Shown: one piece after another, positions 40,438-50,664 of the stretch
Layout of the letters: every line of letters begins with the position of its first letter
Position numbering within the stretch: position 1 is the stretch's first letter
Assembly (NCBI GenBank): GCA_963717505.1
Contig: OY970342.1
Span: forward strand, 32,001-96,000
Direction of reading: 5' to 3'
Origin: Candidatus Eiseniibacteriota bacterium
GTDB taxonomy: Bacteria; Eisenbacteria; RBG-16-71-46
DNA length: 64,000 nt
Program-made: the position numbers and the translations under genes
Notes under the pieces: generated by a model
Seen by the model: the letters and a program-made list of their open reading frames with translations, nothing else
The model's database searches: none
What the model was told of the DNA's origin: nothing

Positions 40438-41852
40438 CGCCGGCCGCCCCGACCGCCACCACCACCCTGGCCGCCGCGACCTCCCATACCGGGCGGCGGT
40501 TGCAGGTTCTGGTTGGCGGTCGCATTCGAAGCCATGTCGACGCCCACGATCACTTCGGTGCCCGGCGCCAGTCCCTCGCCGACGATCTCGGTGTTGGAGC
40601 CGTTCGAGAGTCCGGCCATCACCGGCATGCGTTCGGGCTTTCCGGCGTTGAGCACGTAGACGGCCCCGGGCTTGAGTCTGGGGGTGTCGCCCTCGCCGGT
40701 GTCCTGTGAATCGCCACGGGGCCCGCGGCGCGCTCCGCCATTCTGACCCACGCGCGCCATCCCGCGTTCAGCGCCGGACCTCATTCCCGGTGCGCCGGAG
40801 CGTGCGCCACCCGATCCCGCGCCTCCGCCACCCGATCCCATGCGCGCGTCGCCTTCGCCCGCGGGCCGTCGAGCGCCCGTGTCGGCCGCCGCGGCATCGC
40901 CCGAGCCCGGTTGGGGCGCGGCGTTGCGCGCCTGATTTCCACCGCCCGCGGGTGCTGCCGGCTTGAAGCGCAGGGCCGCCGCCGGAGCCATGAGCACGTC
41001 CTCGCGGCGATCCACCAGGATCGAAACATTGGCGGTCATTCCCGGGCGCAGTTTGAGGTGGGGATTCGACGTGTGGATCACGGTGGTGTAGGTGACCACG
41101 CCCTGCTCGGCAATCGGTTCGAGCCGAACTTCGGCGACCTTGCCGGTGAATTGATCGTCGGGGAACGCGTCGACCGTGAAGCGCGCTTCGAGGCCGGCGC
41201 GAATTTGTCCGATGTCCGCTTCGTCGATTCGGGTCTCGACCTGCATGTCGGCGAGGTCATTGGCGATCAGGAAGAGCTGAGGCGCCTGGAGGCTCGCGGC
41301 CACGGTCTGCCCGAGATCGACCGAACGCGCGATCACCACGCCGTCGATCGGCGAGCGAATGATCGTGTTGCCGAGATCGACGCGCGCGGCCTGGAGCTGG
41401 GCTTGCGCCTGCATGAGGTCAGCGCGGCTCTGCTCGACCGCTACTTCCTTGGCCTCGAGCTCGGTTTGGGGAATGTAGCCCTCACCCACCAGCTCGCGCG
41501 CACGTGTGAGCTGGCGCTCGGCTTCTTTGAGCGACGCCTGCGCCTTGGCCACGGACGCCTCGCTCTGCACCGCGCGCGCGCGGAACGAGGACGGATCCAG
41601 CTCGAGCAGCACCTGGCCGCGCTTGACGCGGTCGTTGTAGTCCGCCTTGAGTGCCATGACGGTGCCGCTGACCTGGCTGCCGACGTTGACCTGGACCACC
41701 GGGCGCACGGTCCCGGTTGCCGAAACCAGCGACTCGATGTCGCCCTGTTCGAGCTTGGCCGTTCGGTACTTGGGCGCTTTGCCCGCGCCCGAGCAGCCGG
41801 CGAGGAACGAGACGGCAACGGCGAGGGCCAACAGGCGTGAGACGTGGGACAC
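40434..41852 (-). CDS. MacA-type periplasmic adaptor (lipoprotein)
   Basis: Lipobox LAGC; VGSQVSG, IRSPIDGVV, GQTVAASLQAP, LRPGMTA; GTG at 41852 with AAGGAG RBS. Confidence 0.92.
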
Positions 41853-42066
41853 TCGGGCTCCTTGAATGCGGCGGGGACGAATCGGGCTCGGGTCGTTCAA
41901 GAATCCGCCATCTTCGCCCCGGCGCGCAAGATGTGGATTTCGAGTTCACAGGGACCGAACCGGTTCGATTACGCCCGGCCCAATGGCGACGAGGAATCAG
42001 GACGAGCGCCCGAACCCGAGACCCGAGCGCGGGACGGCCACTTGCTTCGGGTATGCTTCCGGACGC

Positions 42067-42996
42067 GTGCAAGCACTTTCCTCCACCGACGCACGGCGAG
42101 ACGCGATCGTTCGCGTACTCGTCGGCATCCTGATCGCCAACCTGGTGGTCGCCGCGGCCAAACTGTTCTATGGCTGGCGCTCGGGAGCGATCGCAATGGG
42201 TGCGGACGGCGTCCATTCGCTGCTCGACGCCGCCTCGAACGTGATCGGACTGGTCGGCGTGGCGGTCGCGCGCCGCCCGCCGGACGCCAATCACCCGTAC
42301 GGACATCGCAAGTACGAAACCTTTGCGGCACTCGCGATCGCCGGCATGATGCTGATCGGCTGCATGGAGATCGGGACGGCCGCGCTCGCGCGCCTCCGAA
42401 TGCCGTACGTGCCCGAGATCGATGCGCTCGGTTTCACGATCATCGGCGCAACGATCGCGATCAACGTGGCCGTGGTATGGCTCGAACGACGCGAAGCCCG
42501 CCGGCTCCAGAGCGAGCTACTGATGTCGGACGCAGCCCACACGGGCAGCGACGTGCTCGCCAGCATGCTGGTGCTCGTCAGCTTCGTCCTGGCACGGTTC
42601 GGAATGTGGTGGGCCGACATTGGGGCCGCGGTGGTGATCGTGGTGCTCATCCTGCGAGCCGGCCTCGAAATCCTGCGCAACACGTTGTCGACACTCTCGG
42701 ATGAGCGCCGCATTCCCCCCAAGTTGATCGAGGCGGAGGCTACCGGAGAGCCCGGCGTGATCGAGGCGCACAACGTCCGTTCGCGCGGGCCCGACGACGA
42801 CATCCACGTCGACCTGCACGTGCTGGTGGACCCCACGATCTCGGTCGCCGAGGCCCATCGCATCGGGCACCGGGTCGACGCGCGGTTGCGCGCGCGCTGG
42901 CCGAGCGTCACCGACATCGTGGTTCACGTCGAGCCTGCGCTCGAGAGCGAGAAGGGACGACCGGGCGTCGGTGGAGGGCTGGAAGCCGAGGGCTGA
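42067..42996 (+). CDS. Cation diffusion facilitator (FieF-like)
   Basis: ADGVHSLLD, HPYGHRKYE, HTGSD, VDLHV, VHVEP. Confidence 0.92.
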   Translation: MQALSSTDARRDAIVRVLVGILIANLVVAAAKLFYGWRSGAIAMGADGVHSLLDAASNVIGLVGVAVARRPPDANHPYGHRKYETFAALAIAGMMLIGCMEIGTAALARLRMPYVPEIDALGFTIIGATIAINVAVVWLERREARRLQSELLMSDAAHTGSDVLASMLVLVSFVLARFGMWWADIGAAVVIVVLILRAGLEILRNTLSTLSDERRIPPKLIEAEATGEPGVIEAHNVRSRGPDDDIHVDLHVLVDPTISVAEAHRIGHRVDARLRARWPSVTDIVVHVEPALESEKGRPGVGGGLEAEG

Positions 42997-43095
42997 TCGA
43001 TCGCGGGCGACCGCCGTCGGACTCAACCCGGTCGCCAGCGCGGCCGATCATCCTGGGGCCAACCTTCTGCAGTCCCCGACGACCGGGAGCCTCCG

Positions 43096-44214
43096 ATGCG
43101 AATCCGACCGTCACTCCTCGCATTGCTCGGCTGCGCGATGCTCTCCGGCTGCGGCGGTAGCGCAGCCGATCGGCGGAACACCGTGTGGCAAGCGCTGCCG
43201 ATGGGTACCGACGCCGAGTTCCAAGACGTGTGGTTCGCGGACACTTTGAACGGCTGGGCGGTGGGCGGCGCCTACGACATCGATGGCGGCCTGATCGGCA
43301 AGACCCGCGACGGCGGTCGGACCTGGACGTTCGCCAGCAAGTTCGTATCGCGCTGGCCGGGAGAATCGAGGTTCAGCTTCACCGGCGTTCAGTTCTTCGA
43401 CTCGCTGAGTGGATGCACGGTGGCGAGCGGCGGTCAGATCTTCCTGACCGACGACGGCGGCGAGACCTGGCGCCTCGCCCGGCACGGTGCGGGCGAGTCG
43501 CTGAGCGGGCTCCACTTCATCGACCGCTTCCGCGGTTGGGCGGTGGGTGGGACCGGTGTGCTCACGACCATCGACGGCGGCGAGAACTGGCACTGGGCGA
43601 TCCGCAGCAACTCGGAGAACGGTTACATCTCCGGGAACGCGGTTCATTTTCTCGACGGCAGCAACGGTTGGATGGCCACGCACCACAGCGGCGTCCTCAG
43701 GACCTCGGATGGAGGCACGATCTGGACCGCTGTGAAGTTGCCGTTGAGCCAGGGCGAGAACCCGAATCTCTTCGACGTCGAGTTCGTCGACTGGAATCAC
43801 GGCTGGGTGGTCGGTGAGAACGGGACCATCCTCGCCACGACTGACGCTGGCCAGACCTGGACGCGACAGAGCAACGGCATCCCGGCGCCGAAGCCGCGGC
43901 CGCTGCACATCGTGCGGCGCCAGAACGGCATCGATACCTTCGACATCGAGGGCCCACCGCCCGGACTGTTCCTGACCGCGGTGCGGTTCCTCGACGCCGA
44001 GCGCGGCTGGACCATCGGATTCTTCCCCACCGAAGGCCGATCGGTGGTTTTGCGCACCGACGATGGCGGCGCCACGTGGACCGAAGAAGGGGACGCGCCG
44101 GGCGAGGAGCTGCGTGGGCTCTTCGTCACTCCCGAAGGTCGTGCCTGGGCGGTGGGCGACCGGGTGCGCGAGGGAACTCAGGCGCTGCTGTTCCGCGCCC
44201 CGACTGCCCTCTAG
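43096..44214 (+). CDS. YCF48-like/BNR beta-propeller lipoprotein
   Basis: Lipobox LSGC; repeated F.D...GWAVG and TxDGGxTW Asp-boxes. Confidence 0.85.
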   Translation: MRIRPSLLALLGCAMLSGCGGSAADRRNTVWQALPMGTDAEFQDVWFADTLNGWAVGGAYDIDGGLIGKTRDGGRTWTFASKFVSRWPGESRFSFTGVQFFDSLSGCTVASGGQIFLTDDGGETWRLARHGAGESLSGLHFIDRFRGWAVGGTGVLTTIDGGENWHWAIRSNSENGYISGNAVHFLDGSNGWMATHHSGVLRTSDGGTIWTAVKLPLSQGENPNLFDVEFVDWNHGWVVGENGTILATTDAGQTWTRQSNGIPAPKPRPLHIVRRQNGIDTFDIEGPPPGLFLTAVRFLDAERGWTIGFFPTEGRSVVLRTDDGGATWTEEGDAPGEELRGLFVTPEGRAWAVGDRVREGTQALLFRAPTAL

Positions 44215-44957
44215 GCCCCGGAGCGCTGCGCGATGCGCAGCGATTCCACGGTCGCTCGTAGCGCGGGGAGCGCGTCCGGGCCCGCGGCACGATCGGTCAT
44301 GACCACGAGCAGGTAGCCGTCGTCGAGCACGAATCCGAAGGCGCGCGGATTACCGTGGTCGACTCGATTCCAGGTTTCAACCCACAGGCCCGGTCGACCG
44401 TCGACCTTCAGCGGCTCCTGTCGGGCAATGGCGCGTCGTTCGTCCTCGTCCAGGGCTCGCAGTCCGCTGGCGACAATGGCGTCGAGGGAACGTGGACGAA
44501 GGCCGTCAATGGCTTCGAATAGTCCGCGGAACCGAATCCGAACCTCAATGGTGTCGAGGTAGCTGGGCGTATCCGAAGCTTCGCGCCACGCGAGCCAGAA
44601 CTCCCGGCGATGGTCCGGCGCTTCGAAGTGCTCGGGAGACACAGGGATCATGCCCATTGCGGTGCGCCCTTCATCGGACTGGCCGCGAAGCCACAGCGTG
44701 AGTGCGCGCGTGACCTCGTGGCGGATGCCCTCGCGCCCCACCGCACCGAGATCCTGGGCTACTAGGGTGAATTCTTCACCGCGCATCAGGTGACGGCGGC
44801 CCTGATCGACATGCTGCCAGGGCTCGTCCGCCACCACCGTCACGCGATGGACACCGACTGTGAATTCCTGGCTCACCTGCGGTCTGGCGCCGCAGCCCAC
44901 AGCCAGCACTGAGGCAGCGCACAGCCCGAACATGAGTGTCGGAGGTCGGGATCGCAT
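44211..44957 (-). CDS. Hypothetical lipoprotein
   Basis: Lipobox AVGC; stop overlaps the convergent gene. Confidence 0.6.
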   Translation of the reverse strand: MRSRPPTLMFGLCAASVLAVGCGARPQVSQEFTVGVHRVTVVADEPWQHVDQGRRHLMRGEEFTLVAQDLGAVGREGIRHEVTRALTLWLRGQSDEGRTAMGMIPVSPEHFEAPDHRREFWLAWREASDTPSYLDTIEVRIRFRGLFEAIDGLRPRSLDAIVASGLRALDEDERRAIARQEPLKVDGRPGLWVETWNRVDHGNPRAFGFVLDDGYLLVVMTDRAAGPDALPALRATVESLRIAQRSGA

Positions 44958-45058
44958 CGGACGGGTTATCGGCCCCCTCGCGAAGCGTTTGGAGCGCATG
45001 TCACGCGGGGTCAAGGCCTCGATTCGCGGCGCCGATACCGGGCATCGAGGACCTACCG

Positions 45059-45799
45059 ATGCCGCGCACTCCCCCATTCTCCATCTCGCGAACCGCCGTG
45101 GTCGCACTGCTCATCCTGGCGACCACCGGATGCAGCGCCGATCCCAAGAAGATCCGGCTGACCGACGCGCCTCCGGACGCCCAACTGGCGTCGCTTCGTC
45201 TCGCGAAGGGGCTGACCGTCGATGAGACGCGCCTCCTGTATGGCTACTTCGCGCGCATCCGGCTCGAGTCGGTCGAGGGCGTACCCCCGAACCTCTCGGG
45301 ACGCACCGTCGGCGAATTGATCGACGAGCAGCGGCGCTGGGAACAATCCCACGCCGACCTGATTGCCGAACGCCAGCGGCACGACTCGGACTGGCGGGCA
45401 CGCGCGAATCAGGTGGTGCGCGAGATGGAAACCGCACTCTCGGTACGCATCGTCGACATCCGCGATCCCGATGCGACCGAAGCCACCCACGGCTCACAAC
45501 GCAGCGTCATCGTGCGCCTGGCGATCGAGAACGTCGGCAATCGCACGATCATCGAGGTCGAGGGCGCAGTGCGCTTCAGCGATGTCTACGGTCGCGACCT
45601 ATTCGACGGCACGGTCGTCCTTCGCGAGCCGCTGCCTCCCGGCGAGGCGGTCGAACGCGTCCTGCTTGTGGACTGCGTCCCGTTCATGGACCAGGAAACA
45701 CATGTTCGGCAGGTCCGGCTAGCCGACACCCGAGCGGCCTGGGAGCCGCGCCTGATCCGGTTCGAAGACGGCGGCGTGCTGGCAATGTCCGACGAGTAG
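45059..45799 (+). CDS. Hypothetical lipoprotein with C-terminal Ig-like domain
   Basis: Lipobox TTGC; ENVGNRTI...G.VRF.D.YG and I.FEDG strand motifs. Confidence 0.65.
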   Translation: MPRTPPFSISRTAVVALLILATTGCSADPKKIRLTDAPPDAQLASLRLAKGLTVDETRLLYGYFARIRLESVEGVPPNLSGRTVGELIDEQRRWEQSHADLIAERQRHDSDWRARANQVVREMETALSVRIVDIRDPDATEATHGSQRSVIVRLAIENVGNRTIIEVEGAVRFSDVYGRDLFDGTVVLREPLPPGEAVERVLLVDCVPFMDQETHVRQVRLADTRAAWEPRLIRFEDGGVLAMSDE

Positions 45800-45842
45800 G
45801 GCGCTGCTCGATCGTTCGAACCGCGGCTTCGGCCCGCGTAAG

Positions 45843-46613
45843 CTAGTTCGGCGCGCGGTACGCCAACCCCACTCCGATGAACCAGTCTCTCGCGGCCTCC
45901 GTGAGCCCGATCCCGCCATGGATGTCCATCTGCGCATTGCCGGTCAGCAGATAGGTGTACCCGTGGTGCAGCGTGTGCGCCGACTCTCCGGAGGACTGCG
46001 GGAACTGGGCAGCCCATTCGAGGAAGGTGCCGGTTCGCTGGTCGAGGCGGGCCCCAGCCGAGGCGGTCGCGAGCACCGAATCGTCGCCCTCGCCGTCGAT
46101 GCCGCCCCACACCGGCCCCAGGATTCCCGACAGATTCCAGCGTTCATTCCAGTTGTGCGCCCAGGTGAAGATCAGGCCGAACGCAGCGTCGGCATCGGCG
46201 TCCTCGATCGTGGTCTCGATCTGGTCCCATTCGAACGTGGGAATCACCGAGGCGCCCCACGCGGCATCCTCGGGAGCGATCTGGATCTTGGCCCCAACGT
46301 GAAACAGGCCGCTGTTCTCGCCCTTGCCGTCGGCGCTCTCCCACGAGTGGTTGTAACCGACTCGCGCCTCGGTTCGGGGCAGCAGGCCGAAGCGCACCAT
46401 CAGCTCCGGGCCGCGCCTTCCGGAGATCCCGTCGGCCTGATCGAACAAGGCGCCGGTCTCGAGCTGAAGCTTGCCGCGAGGAATCGCCAGGCTGGTCTCG
46501 GTGAACTGGGGTCGGTCGGTGGCCAGCGCTTCCTGGGCCCGCGCATCGGGCGTGACCACGATCAACACGGCGCACGACACCGCGCAGCTCGTCGCAAGAC
46601 GGATCCACCTCAT
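45843..46613 (-). CDS. Outer-membrane beta-barrel 'transporter' (MetA/phenol-pathway family)
   Basis: Signal peptide; TDRPQFTE..G.LQLE.G, RFGL; C-terminal strand FIGVGLAYR. Confidence 0.8.
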   Translation of the reverse strand: MRWIRLATSCAVSCAVLIVVTPDARAQEALATDRPQFTETSLAIPRGKLQLETGALFDQADGISGRRGPELMVRFGLLPRTEARVGYNHSWESADGKGENSGLFHVGAKIQIAPEDAAWGASVIPTFEWDQIETTIEDADADAAFGLIFTWAHNWNERWNLSGILGPVWGGIDGEGDDSVLATASAGARLDQRTGTFLEWAAQFPQSSGESAHTLHHGYTYLLTGNAQMDIHGGIGLTEAARDWFIGVGLAYRAPN

Positions 46614-47278
46614 CGCTTCTCCTCCACGTACGGCGCCAGCTCGCGTTGGATCACGTCACCCAACGCGCTCAAGTGCCGATCGAAGAAATGTCCGGCGCCT
46701 TCCACCCGTACGAGCTTCTTCGGCTCCGCCCAGCGCGCGTACTCGACCTCGAGGGCGGCCGGACTGCAGACCTCATCCGCGGTTCCCTGGATGACCAGCT
46801 TGGGCACCGCCGCACTGCGCAGCACGCCAAGGTCCGCGCGCTCGACCGGCGGCGCGATCAGCACGACGCGTTCGATCACCGGTTCGGCCGCGGCCAGGTG
46901 CGCGGCGATGCCCGAACCGAACGAGAACCCGGCGAGCCAGCGGCGCGCGCCCCGGTAGCGCGCTTCCAGCCATCGCAGGGCCGCGCGCGCATCCTCGACC
47001 TCGCCGGCGCCGCCATCGTGTCGCCCCGCGCTCCGGCCCACCCCACGGAAGTTGAACCGCAGGGCGACGCACCCGAGTTGGTGGAGGATGGTCGCGGTGC
47101 GATGCACGACCTTGTTGTGCATCGTCCCGCCGTAGAGCGGGTGTGGGTGGCAGACCAGGGCGGTCACCTGGATCGATTGCCCGTCGGCGCACTCCTGGAG
47201 CAGTCCCTCGAGATTGCCGGCCGGTCCGGGGATATCGACCTGGACGAGCCGCGCTGCCGCCGAGCGCGGCGCACTCAC
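46610..47278 (-). CDS. Alpha/beta hydrolase
   Basis: CHPHPLYGGTMHNKVV, FNFRGVG, GFSFG nucleophile, G..DEV, GAGHFF; GTG at 47278. Confidence 0.9.
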   Translation of the reverse strand: MSAPRSAAARLVQVDIPGPAGNLEGLLQECADGQSIQVTALVCHPHPLYGGTMHNKVVHRTATILHQLGCVALRFNFRGVGRSAGRHDGGAGEVEDARAALRWLEARYRGARRWLAGFSFGSGIAAHLAAAEPVIERVVLIAPPVERADLGVLRSAAVPKLVIQGTADEVCSPAALEVEYARWAEPKKLVRVEGAGHFFDRHLSALGDVIQRELAPYVEEKR

Positions 47279-47769
47279 GCGCGGACCGGGCGGAATTGCG
47301 CCTGGAGTTTCGCGCTCAGATCGAGATCGAGGGTCGCGAAGTTCAGTCGATCGCCGTCGCCCAGCGCGAGTATGCAGCCAACGTCGACCATCCACTCCTC
47401 GAGGCCGAGGGGCGTGACCACCTCGAACTGCGAGATGTCGCGTGTGATCCGCCCGGGGAACGTCTCGAATTCCTCGTTCCACTCCGAGCACAGGTACAAC
47501 TCGTCGCCGCCTTCGAGCATGCCGATCGAGATGAAGTGGTCCAGCTCGCCGGGTGGCAACAGGATGACGCCGCGGTGTCGCTCCGAACGGATGCCTTCGG
47601 CGCGCATCCGCCGGCGTACCTCGGGCCACAGGGCCGGACGTTCGTTGCCGTTGAGCACGGGGATCGCGGCCAACTCGAAATGCGGCACGAGATCGAGGCC
47701 GGCGTCCATGACGTCGGCGATCGTTGCCTGGAGGCATCCGTATTGGAGGCGATGAATCACGCCGGGCAT
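47275..47769 (-). CDS. Hypothetical protein
   Basis: Typical codon bias; stop overlaps the hydrolase start (GTGA). Confidence 0.7.
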   Translation of the reverse strand: MPGVIHRLQYGCLQATIADVMDAGLDLVPHFELAAIPVLNGNERPALWPEVRRRMRAEGIRSERHRGVILLPPGELDHFISIGMLEGGDELYLCSEWNEEFETFPGRITRDISQFEVVTPLGLEEWMVDVGCILALGDGDRLNFATLDLDLSAKLQAQFRPVRA

Positions 47770-47942
47770 TGTAGGAAACGACCGAGACCGGGGCCAACCC
47801 CCTTATTGAGGTCGCGGGTCGGGTTCGGCGTGCCGGCGCCCAGAAACGTTTCCAGCAGCCGGTGCCGGCGGACAATCAGGACCGCCTGCCGGCGTCCCTC
47901 TGGGATGAACCGGGTGCTCGGGTTTCGAGCTTGCCCTGTGAC

Positions 47943-47956
47943 TTAGTTTTGACTAA
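47943..47956. promoter_or_regulatory. Putative DtxR/MntR-family operator
   Basis: TTAGTTTTGACTAA (TTAG-N6-CTAA palindrome) overlapping a TTGACT -35-like hexamer upstream of DHOR. Confidence 0.5.
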
Positions 47957-48067
47957 CTTCCCAGTTCGTCAAGACTCATTTGCCGCGGGTCATGGCACGG
48001 GCATCGGCAGGACCTCAACCGAAGATCACACGGCCGTTCGATTCGAGTCCGGCGTGAAGGAGTCGTC

Positions 48068-49345
48068 ATGAATCGGCAACGCAGTGTCGGTGGTCGAGGT
48101 GCCGGCGTTATCGGCCTCGGCGCTGCCGCGGTCTCGCGGCGTGCCGTGCTCCGAGCCTCGTTCCTCGGGTGGTTCGTCGTCGCATCGAGCGCCGGCTGCG
48201 GACTGTTGACCACGGCACCCGACGACGGCGATTTGTTCGATGCGCCGCTCGACGGCCTCTCGCCCGCCGAGCAGGCGGCGTTCGCGGAGGGCGATGCCCA
48301 GTTCGGCAACGCTTTCGCGATCACGAATGGCCTCGGGCCGATCTTCAACAATGTGTCGTGCGCGTCGTGCCACAGTGGCGACGGTCGCGGGCGCCCCGAG
48401 AACGTGCTCACGCGTTTCAGTGTCGCGGGCGATCCGTCGCCGAACCTGGGCGGGCCGCAGATCCAGGATCGCGCGATCCCGGGGGCCGAAGTCGAGAGCT
48501 TGCCCGCGGGTGCCGAGGTCTCACGCCGCCTGCCGCCGCCGGTGTTCGGGGTGGGGCTGATCGAAGCGATCCCGGCCGACAGCATTCTCATCCGCGTGGA
48601 TGTCGCGGACAGCGACGGTGATGGCATTTCGGGCCGCGCGAACATGGTGACACCGGCGGAGTTCGTTCCGGCCCACGAACCGGGCGGCGGCCCGGGTCCG
48701 GTCCTTGGACGCTTCAGCCGAAAGGCCCAGGTTTCGAGTCTGCTCCAGCAAACGGCCGAGGCCTACCACCAGGACATCGGGATCACCACCGACTTCCTGT
48801 CGGTCGAGAACGTGAATCCACTGGCTTCGAGCGCCACCCAGGCTGCCGATCACGTCGCCGACCCCGAGCTGCCGGCGTCGGTGGTTCGATCGGTGGTCGC
48901 CTACCTGCGCCTGCTGGCTCCGCCCGCGCCGGGCGAGCCGACCGAAAGTCGCGAGCGTGGCCGGCAGGTTTTCGGGGCCGTCCAGTGCGCGAGCTGCCAC
49001 GTGCCGACGCTGCGGACCGCCGCGCACGCGACACCGGCGCTCGCGCGCCGCGACGTAGCGCTCTACTCCGATCTGCTGCTGCACGACATGGGTTCGGGGC
49101 TCGCCGACTACCGCACCGACGGTGACGCGAGCGGCACCGAATGGCGAACGGCCCCGTTGTGGGGCATGAGGATCATGCGCGACTTCCTGAACGGCGAGGC
49201 GTTCCTGTTGCACGACGGCCGTGCGCGCTCGGTCGAGGAAGCGATCCTGATGCACGGCGGCGAAGCGCAGGCGGCGCGCGACGCGTTCGCGGCGCTCTCG
49301 GCCGAAGACCGGGCCGCGCTGCTCGACTTCGTGGAGTCGCGATGA
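48068..49345 (+). CDS. Di-heme oxidoreductase (DHOR) family lipoprotein
   Basis: GLGPIFN..SCASCH, second CASCH, YSDLLLHDMG, WRTAPLWG, LHDGRAR..EAI..HGGEA. Confidence 0.92.
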   Translation: MNRQRSVGGRGAGVIGLGAAAVSRRAVLRASFLGWFVVASSAGCGLLTTAPDDGDLFDAPLDGLSPAEQAAFAEGDAQFGNAFAITNGLGPIFNNVSCASCHSGDGRGRPENVLTRFSVAGDPSPNLGGPQIQDRAIPGAEVESLPAGAEVSRRLPPPVFGVGLIEAIPADSILIRVDVADSDGDGISGRANMVTPAEFVPAHEPGGGPGPVLGRFSRKAQVSSLLQQTAEAYHQDIGITTDFLSVENVNPLASSATQAADHVADPELPASVVRSVVAYLRLLAPPAPGEPTESRERGRQVFGAVQCASCHVPTLRTAAHATPALARRDVALYSDLLLHDMGSGLADYRTDGDASGTEWRTAPLWGMRIMRDFLNGEAFLLHDGRARSVEEAILMHGGEAQAARDAFAALSAEDRAALLDFVESR

Positions 49346-50529
49346 GCGCGATCGCACGAGCGGCGGCCTGCGCGGGCGCGATTCTGATCGGGCTCGCCTG
49401 CGCCACCCGCGCCTCGGCCCAGGCGACGGCGGATACGGTCGCCGCTCGGCCGTTCGTGGCCGGCGGCTCGGACGACAAGCCCTTCCTGCACGGCATCTAT
49501 GGAGTCGTCCGGCTCGGCGGATACGTGGAGGCTGCGTCGGAATGGGAGCGCGAGGACGGCGTGACCTCGGAGTTCGGCACCGAACTGACCCGGATGAACC
49601 TCATGGTCTCGACCACGCTGCGCGGGCGGGTGAACTTCTTCGCCGAGATCGAGTTCGAGGAAGCGGGCGAAGAGATCGTGGTCGAGATGGCGCAGCTCGA
49701 TCTCTATCTGCACCCCGCATTCAACCCGCGCGCAGGCATGCTGCTGCTGCCGCTCGGTCGCTACAACCTCGCGCACGATGGGCCACGCAACGAGCTGCCG
49801 TCGCGCCCGCTCGAGGCGGAGCTGCTGCTCGGCGTCGCGCTCGCCCACCCCGGGCTCGGGATGTATGGACGCTTCGATCGCGAGAGCGGTGCGCGCTTCA
49901 CCTACGAGGCGTACGCGGTCAATGGTTACCAGGATCAGCTGCTGCTCGACTCACCCGACGGCACGCGCCTGCCCGCGGGAAAAAGCAATCCCGAAGACGC
50001 CAATCACTCGCCGGCCTTGGTCGGCCGCGTCGAGTGGAGCCATCGACCGCGCTCGACCCTGGGTCTTTCCGGGTATCACGGGGCCTACAACGTCAGCACG
50101 CTCGAAGGCCTCGAAGTCGATGAGCGCCGCGACGTCTCGGTCGGCGTGCTCGACTTGGAGCAGCCGATCGGTCCGATCGTCGTCAGCGGCGAAGGCGCGG
50201 TGGTCGAAGTCGACCTTCCGCCCACGCTCGACGGGCTGTTCGCCCGCCGGCAGACGGGCGCCTACCTCCAGCTCGCCTGGCCGTTCGGCCGCCAATGGGT
50301 GGCCTCGATGTCCGATTCGTGGTTCACGCTGGCGGCGCGCGTTGATGGTGTCGACTTCGACCGCGACCTCGCGGGCGACTCCATGCGCAGCCTGACGCTG
50401 GGCGCCAACTTCCGCCCCGTGCGCGAGGCCGCTTTCAAGCTCGCCTTCGAGCGCGGTGAAGCCCGCGATCGCTTCAACAACCTGGCGGCGTTCGCCCGCA
50501 TCCAGCTCGGTATCGCCTCCTACTTCTAG
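49342..50529 (+). CDS. Outer-membrane porin-like protein
   Basis: Signal peptide; LGGY.E, EIEFE, RAG.LL.P.G..N..H; C-terminal ASYF. Confidence 0.75.
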   Translation: MSAIARAAACAGAILIGLACATRASAQATADTVAARPFVAGGSDDKPFLHGIYGVVRLGGYVEAASEWEREDGVTSEFGTELTRMNLMVSTTLRGRVNFFAEIEFEEAGEEIVVEMAQLDLYLHPAFNPRAGMLLLPLGRYNLAHDGPRNELPSRPLEAELLLGVALAHPGLGMYGRFDRESGARFTYEAYAVNGYQDQLLLDSPDGTRLPAGKSNPEDANHSPALVGRVEWSHRPRSTLGLSGYHGAYNVSTLEGLEVDERRDVSVGVLDLEQPIGPIVVSGEGAVVEVDLPPTLDGLFARRQTGAYLQLAWPFGRQWVASMSDSWFTLAARVDGVDFDRDLAGDSMRSLTLGANFRPVREAAFKLAFERGEARDRFNNLAAFARIQLGIASYF

Positions 50530-50664
50530 GGAGCAGCGGGCGGTTCGTATCTCTGCGGGCCGGCTCGATCGGGTCGGGTGAATCCGGGAGACCAGGCCGG
50601 ATTCATTGCTCCTGAACGAGCCGTTCGGTAGGCTCCCGAGTCCTCACCCTCCGGAGAACCCCCG

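Noticed and set aside
43096-44214. Photosystem II assembly factor implying phototrophy
   Set aside because: Generic BNR propeller family; no photosynthesis genes in the window.
47993-48009. Sigma54 promoter TGGCACG upstream of DHOR
   Set aside because: GG-to-GC spacing is off by one and there is no TTGC element.
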